Below are positions 6,020 to 10,778 of a stretch of 10,778 bases of DNA, piece by piece. A program made the translations under genes and the position numbers. Source of the stretch: Spizellomyces punctatus DAOM BR117 (Eukaryota); assembly GCA_000182565.2 (NCBI GenBank), contig KQ257451.1; one strand, 5' to 3'. Numbering within the stretch: the stretch's first letter is position 1; each line of letters starts with the position of its first letter. The notes beneath the pieces are model-generated. The model saw nothing but the letters and a program-made list of their open reading frames with translations. It had not been told where the DNA came from and made no database searches.

Positions 6020-8748
6020 TCACAAGCCCAGTTCTTTTCTTATGTTTTCCACAGCCTCCAGACCTCTCTCGTGCTCTTCCTCCAATTGTCGCAGTTCATC
6101 CTGTTCTGCCATAACAGCCGCTGTCAGATCTTTTGCAGACTCTCTGGACGTCCTTACCGGAGATGATGATGAGAGACATAAAGTAGGTTTCTTGATGGTG
6201 GACGCGTAGGCTTTCATCTGTAATCAAAGTCAGCTTATGGGCGTTCTGTGCGGTTGGGACTTTGCAATGGAATGACCTTTTCTCTCTTGGCAATCGCTTG
6301 CTCCAATTTGTCAGACGACGCAAGTTTAGAGCCAATGAAAACCGACGCAGGTTGTTTCTTCCTTCCCTTTTCTGCGACCGACTGTCTCTGCTGAGGCGAC
6401 GGAGAAGGACTCATTCTTTTATCTCCAGAGTCACTTCGTGCCGAATGTGCTCGTGCTGCGGTGGAAGTTTGGGAGTGCGGCCGGAGATCGGGCTGACTCC
6501 TTGAATCGGAGACGTTATGGGGAGTGGTGCGTGTGATGGCTCGGATTTGGGCGCCATACTCTTTTTGACGTTGCCATTTTTCAAGCTGTATTTTCACGGT
6601 TCAGATGAATGTCGCTGATGAAGAATACAAATCGACTTTTACCTTGGCTTTGTACTCTTCGCTTCCAATATCTGGGCCCAATCCACCTAGTTTGACCGGC
6701 TGTACGATCTTTGTGGTCTGTCGCGGCGTACGTTGATAGAGGGATACAGATGAGGACCTCGTCGAAGGTTCGTGATCTTCGGCTGCTCTTGCGACATTTG
6801 TTTTGGTAATTTGAAGCCCTTGTGGTGGATCATGTATTGGAGGTAAACTAACCGTTTCGGTGGAAGGGATGGCATGGGAACGAGCTCCCATATGCGAACC
6901 GAGTGAGGGAGACATGGCACCTGCAGGGATTGGAGTGAAGGATGTACTTGCCGATTGCCGTGCGGCAGGTAGAGGCGGTAACAAAGGCATGCTTCCATAC
7001 TCTGCATATGTATTTGGTGGTTGCATGATAGGTTGGTGTGGGGATGGGGTATATGCGTATGGGCTCTGCATGTTCATCCGTATTCCAAACGTTCCTGTAG
7101 TGCCGCAAGTGTAGACGGTTGGATCTTGACCTGCAAGGACGTACGGATATCTAGGTGCTGATGATGGCTCATGGTGATCCGGTTTACGGCACCCAGGCCA
7201 TAAGCCAGCTGTTTCTCTCAGCCTGTAATCATTCAGCGTAGGCTGCGACCGATACTTTGGTAAATGAGATGCTGATGGGCGCGATGTCGACAATGCTGGA
7301 GAGCTATTGTATTGCTTGTTTTCAGGGGCGTTCCGAACTCGTAGTGATGAGTGCTGTAGTGCCCTAGCAGAAGGATTCCCTCCATAGGAGCTTTGAGATG
7401 AGGACCGGCTTTGGGGTTGTTGGTGTGCAGGGTGTTTCGGTTGTGCGTGGGGCGGTACGAAAGAGAAGGAGAAAGCGGATGGCCGTGGGTTGCTTGGGAC
7501 GACACTTTGCTGGTTATGCGACCGTTCGGGTTGGTTTGCCGCCTGCTTACCATAAACATAGGAAGGGGCCTCCCTTTGCTGTACAAGTGGTTGAGGAGTA
7601 TTGGGAATACTTGGGAGACGGAGAACTGGAATAGATTCAAGATTGGGAAGATCGTAATCATCAGGATTCAAAGAGACGCTCGATTTGGAAGTGGAATCGG
7701 CATGGTCATTGTCGCTATCTTTACTACCGTCTTGCGATGGTGACGTTTCCTTCTGCACATCCCTCTCTGACGCTGCCTCTACATTCATCTTCCAGACAGT
7801 CGATTGCACAGCTTCTGTCATCTCTTTCATCGCCTGAAAGGACCAATTTGGGTATTTCCGCAGTACTCGCAGGGCTGCACTTTTTAGGCTTTCAGTTTCT
7901 TCGGTGTTGGAGGTTGCTTGTATTTCCGAGATATCGTGCGTGATTTCAGGTGACGTGAGAGTTGTGGTTGAAGGCATGTGGGGCAATTGTGTAGAAGCAA
8001 TATTCCTGCCATTTCAACCATGGAGTTAACAAGGTGAAATTTGCGGAAAAAACCTGAGATATAAAACCTACTCTGTGGGGTTCATGACACTTGCGTCCTG
8101 TTTCAAAACATTCCTGTTCTCCTCACTGGAGGTAAGTACATGGCTCTCTGTTGGTTGTGATAAACTCCATTGTGATTCAATCATGTTGACGTCCACATCA
8201 GCGCTTTTAACAGCTGATGTCTCAGATTGCTGTTGCTTCTTCCCTCTGTTGTCCCCTTGTCGTGATTTTCCTCTAGAGGAGAGTCTTTTGTACTTTACTC
8301 GAGGTTTAAGAGAATGTGAAATCGATGGAGAACTCTTCCATCGACGCATCGACGCGGATGAAGCCCTAGGTGCGAGGCGTTTGGATGGAGCAACTGTTAG
8401 TGGCATGTTCTTTTTCCCGTTCACAATTGGGACGATGCTGCCGTCACGGGCGATCCGAGAGACCCTGGAGCCAAGCTGTCATAAAAGTTTTATGCACGTC
8501 GGTTAGCTGAAATAGATATGCCGTACGCATATTGGGTGATTGATACCAACTTTTATAAGAAATGCATCATGGGCTGCAGTCGCTTGTGATACGGCGTTGT
8601 CCAAAGGTGATCGCACATTAGCGGACGATAAGGTCGCCTCTGGTAGCATTTCAACACTGCTTGCGTCACGATGCGTATAGTACCGTTGCGCCCGAGGTAA
8701 TGGAATACCACTGCCCAAGAGAGTGTCCTCGGAAGGTTGATTGTTCAT
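6020..8748 (-). CDS. JHY: JHY-domain (C11orf63/DUF4591-like) cilia/flagella-associated protein, ~823 aa, largely disordered. Exons 8748-8551, 8475-8072, 8005-6643, 6585-6277, 6217-6020
   Basis: Five adjacent minus-strand ORFs join in frame through introns 8550-8476 (GTTGGT..GCTAAC..CAG), 8071-8006 (GTAGGT..GTTAAC..CAG), 6642-6586 (GTAAAA..CAG) and 6276-6218 (GTCATT..GCTGAC..CAG). The C-terminal blocks VKLGGLGPD..K/LEKWQRQKEYGAQIR, KREK/MKAYASTIKKP and LRQLEEEHERGLEAVENIRK match my recollection of the JHY C-terminal domain. The rest is S/P/Q-rich low complexity. Confidence 0.75.
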
Positions 8749-9747
8749 TGTTTGGTTCCTGGGGGATGTAGAGTGTTAAGGATTTGGCATCCGGGCGGTA
8801 ACGGGCCACGTATGATTAGGGATCTCTATGTCTCCCCGAAACCACCTTTGACCAGACTTTCATCCTAGCTGTACCAAAGATGGAACATATCGGATCTTTC
8901 AACATCCTTAATTCCGGCCTTGATTAATGATCGACCGTGGCGTTCGCGCACTGGCGGGCCAATCTTATCGCGCATTGACAGCAAACATCAAGGAAGAGCA
9001 GATGTGAGATGATACTATAGTCGGATGACTGCTCGAAGGAAAATAAGTCAAGTAGCATCAAACCATGACGATATCCTGGTTTATTGAATGATGCCTCGAT
9101 TGAGATAATGCAGAATCGCGCCCCGTAAGCAAGTTCCGTAAGCAACCGTTTTCAATTATTGGGCAGTTGCCAGAAACATTTGTATACAAATCGTTCAACA
9201 ACTGTAGTAGCCGACACAAATCTACTAAAAGATCTGACGAGTATGGAACGATACAATGAGCGTTGTCCCTGCAAAAGCACCATTGCTCCGACTGCCCTTG
9301 GTGACCTACTACTCTTTCAGTAGCGATTAAATTGCATTTTGCATTGGTGAACGATCCATCTCTTGTTAATTTACGTTTATTTTCAAGAGCCCAACAGGCT
9401 ACTCGCATAAATTCGCCCATAAGTAGCGCATGGGGCCATAAAACCAGCGTTGTGGCCAGCCGATCGCAATAGCCCAAAACAAATCCTAAAATTCGATTAT
9501 TCCGTGAATCGAACTTTGCCATGCAGCACAGTCATGCCGAGTGGCACAGTCACCTCAAGGGGTGTGTTTTAAGCCGAAGTTTCGATTCACCACGTTGGGC
9601 GACAAGGGCTGGGCTGGCAAGGTGGAGGCTGTGGGCGGAAAACCACTTGGCAACACCTGTACAATTCCGTATTTAAGCTGAGTGCTCATCCCGCTTCCCC
9701 CGCTTTCCCTAACCAAGTCGCATTCCGGTCATCCTCGAATTCCTGTC

Positions 9748-10778
9748 ATGCATGTCCCCACATCCATTATTCTCGCGGTTGCCGTTGCGGCTGCACCAGC
9801 GCTCGCAGCCTTGTCTGACTGCCAGAAATCTATTGTCCAGCAACTGACAAATACATATGAAAACAGTCAGCTCAACTTTGCGTTTGATTACTGCGAGAAT
9901 ATTAAAGATGGAAGAGGATATACTGTTGGAATTGTAGGGTTTACAACGTATGTTTTCCTTGTGCTCGTGTGTAGGCATATCAGATAGACCCTCTAACCTC
10001 ACACCATCTCCTCCAATCTCCATAGCGCAACACGGGATGCATTCGATGTTGTCAACACATATACCAAATCTTCAAATTACACGGGGGAATTTGATCCCTA
10101 CTATGACCGCCTAAAGCAACTCAATCAAACAGGCGATTCATCAACATCCGGGTTGAATGGTTTCTGTGATGCTTGGTACACAGCCTCATCCAACCCAGCA
10201 TTCCGAGCAGTCCAGGTCGCAAAAGCCGATACACTCTACTACGTCCCCTCACAAGGCTACGCTGAACAGCTCAACCTGAATTTGCCAGTCTCCAGAGGCC
10301 AGTTGTACGATGCGGCCATTCAGCACGGCACGGACCCTGATCCTGATTCTCTACCTTCGATGATATCGCGGGTTCCAAAACCTTCTGATATGGATGAATT
10401 GACATGGATAAGTAACTTTATGAAAGAACGCACTCGCACGTTGTGTAACACCGCGAATAAGGCGACACAAAAGGCGTGGTGCCAATCTACTTCCCGTGTG
10501 CGATCATATCAAACCATTTTGAGCAATAAGCCAGATTTTAACGATACAGTGGACGCACTGGACAATGATGGAAAGCCTCTGACAGTGCAGTGTGATTTGG
10601 GACTCTGGACGAGGTACATTCCTGGCCCGGCTGCCGGCGGAAAGGCTGGATTGTCGGGTGCAGCCGTTGCGGGTATCGTTATTTGCATTTTGTTGGTAGT
10701 GGCGGCCATTGCGTACTTTGTGTACAGGCGGTGGAAATCTGGAAGCTGGAGACCGGTGGGAAAGGGATCCTTGGTTTG
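9748..10778 (+). CDS. Glycoside hydrolase family 46 chitosanase with signal peptide and C-terminal transmembrane helix. Exons 9748-9947 and 10026->10778 (3' partial)
   Basis: Signal peptide MHVPTSIILAVAVAAAPALA. GH46 signature YENS...YCENIKDGRGYTVGIVGFTT with candidate catalytic Glu (9859-9861) and Asp (9907-9909). Phase-2 intron 9948-10025 (GTATGT..CTAAC..TAG). Exon 2 gives ATRDAFDVV, FCDAW..A..NPAFRAVQ, LYY.PS, GQLYDAAIQHG and DELTWISNFMKER, then TM GLSGAAVAGIVICILLVVAAIAYFVY-RRWK. No stop before the window end. Confidence 0.92.

Noticed and set aside
9166-9177. RFX X-box-like GTTGCCAGAAAC upstream of the ciliary JHY gene
   Set aside because: Only a partial match, ~420 nt from the ATG, and I cannot support RFX control of flagellar genes in this lineage.
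8924-9522. ORFs 9058-9522 (-) and 8924-9145 (-)
   Set aside because: No recognisable domain or splice linkage. They lie in the divergent JHY/GH46 intergenic region and are probably non-coding.

Overview
Eukaryotic, intron-containing fungal DNA, most likely from a zoosporic (chytrid-like) fungus. This is inferred from short 57-78 nt GT-AG introns with CTAAC/CTAAT/CTGAC-type branch points, two fungal gene families and a ciliary JHY-family gene. The window holds an intronless DUF3712-type membrane protein (+), a 5-exon MTC6-like gene (+), a 5-exon JHY-domain gene (-), a 2-exon GH46 chitosanase with a C-terminal transmembrane helix that runs off the right edge (+), and possibly the start of another gene at the left edge (-). 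The standout is a ~500 nt non-coding repeat (5397-5890) between the convergent MTC6 and JHY genes. On the + strand it reads as eight kink-turn (K-turn) hairpins, each capped by a cUUCGg tetraloop, interleaved with five copies of a second hairpin with a G-rich loop. Most differences between copies preserve base pairing, and the array lies between a TATAAAAA and an AATAAA. It looks like a multi-K-turn structured RNA that I cannot assign to a known family. All family assignments are from motif recognition; no searches were run.
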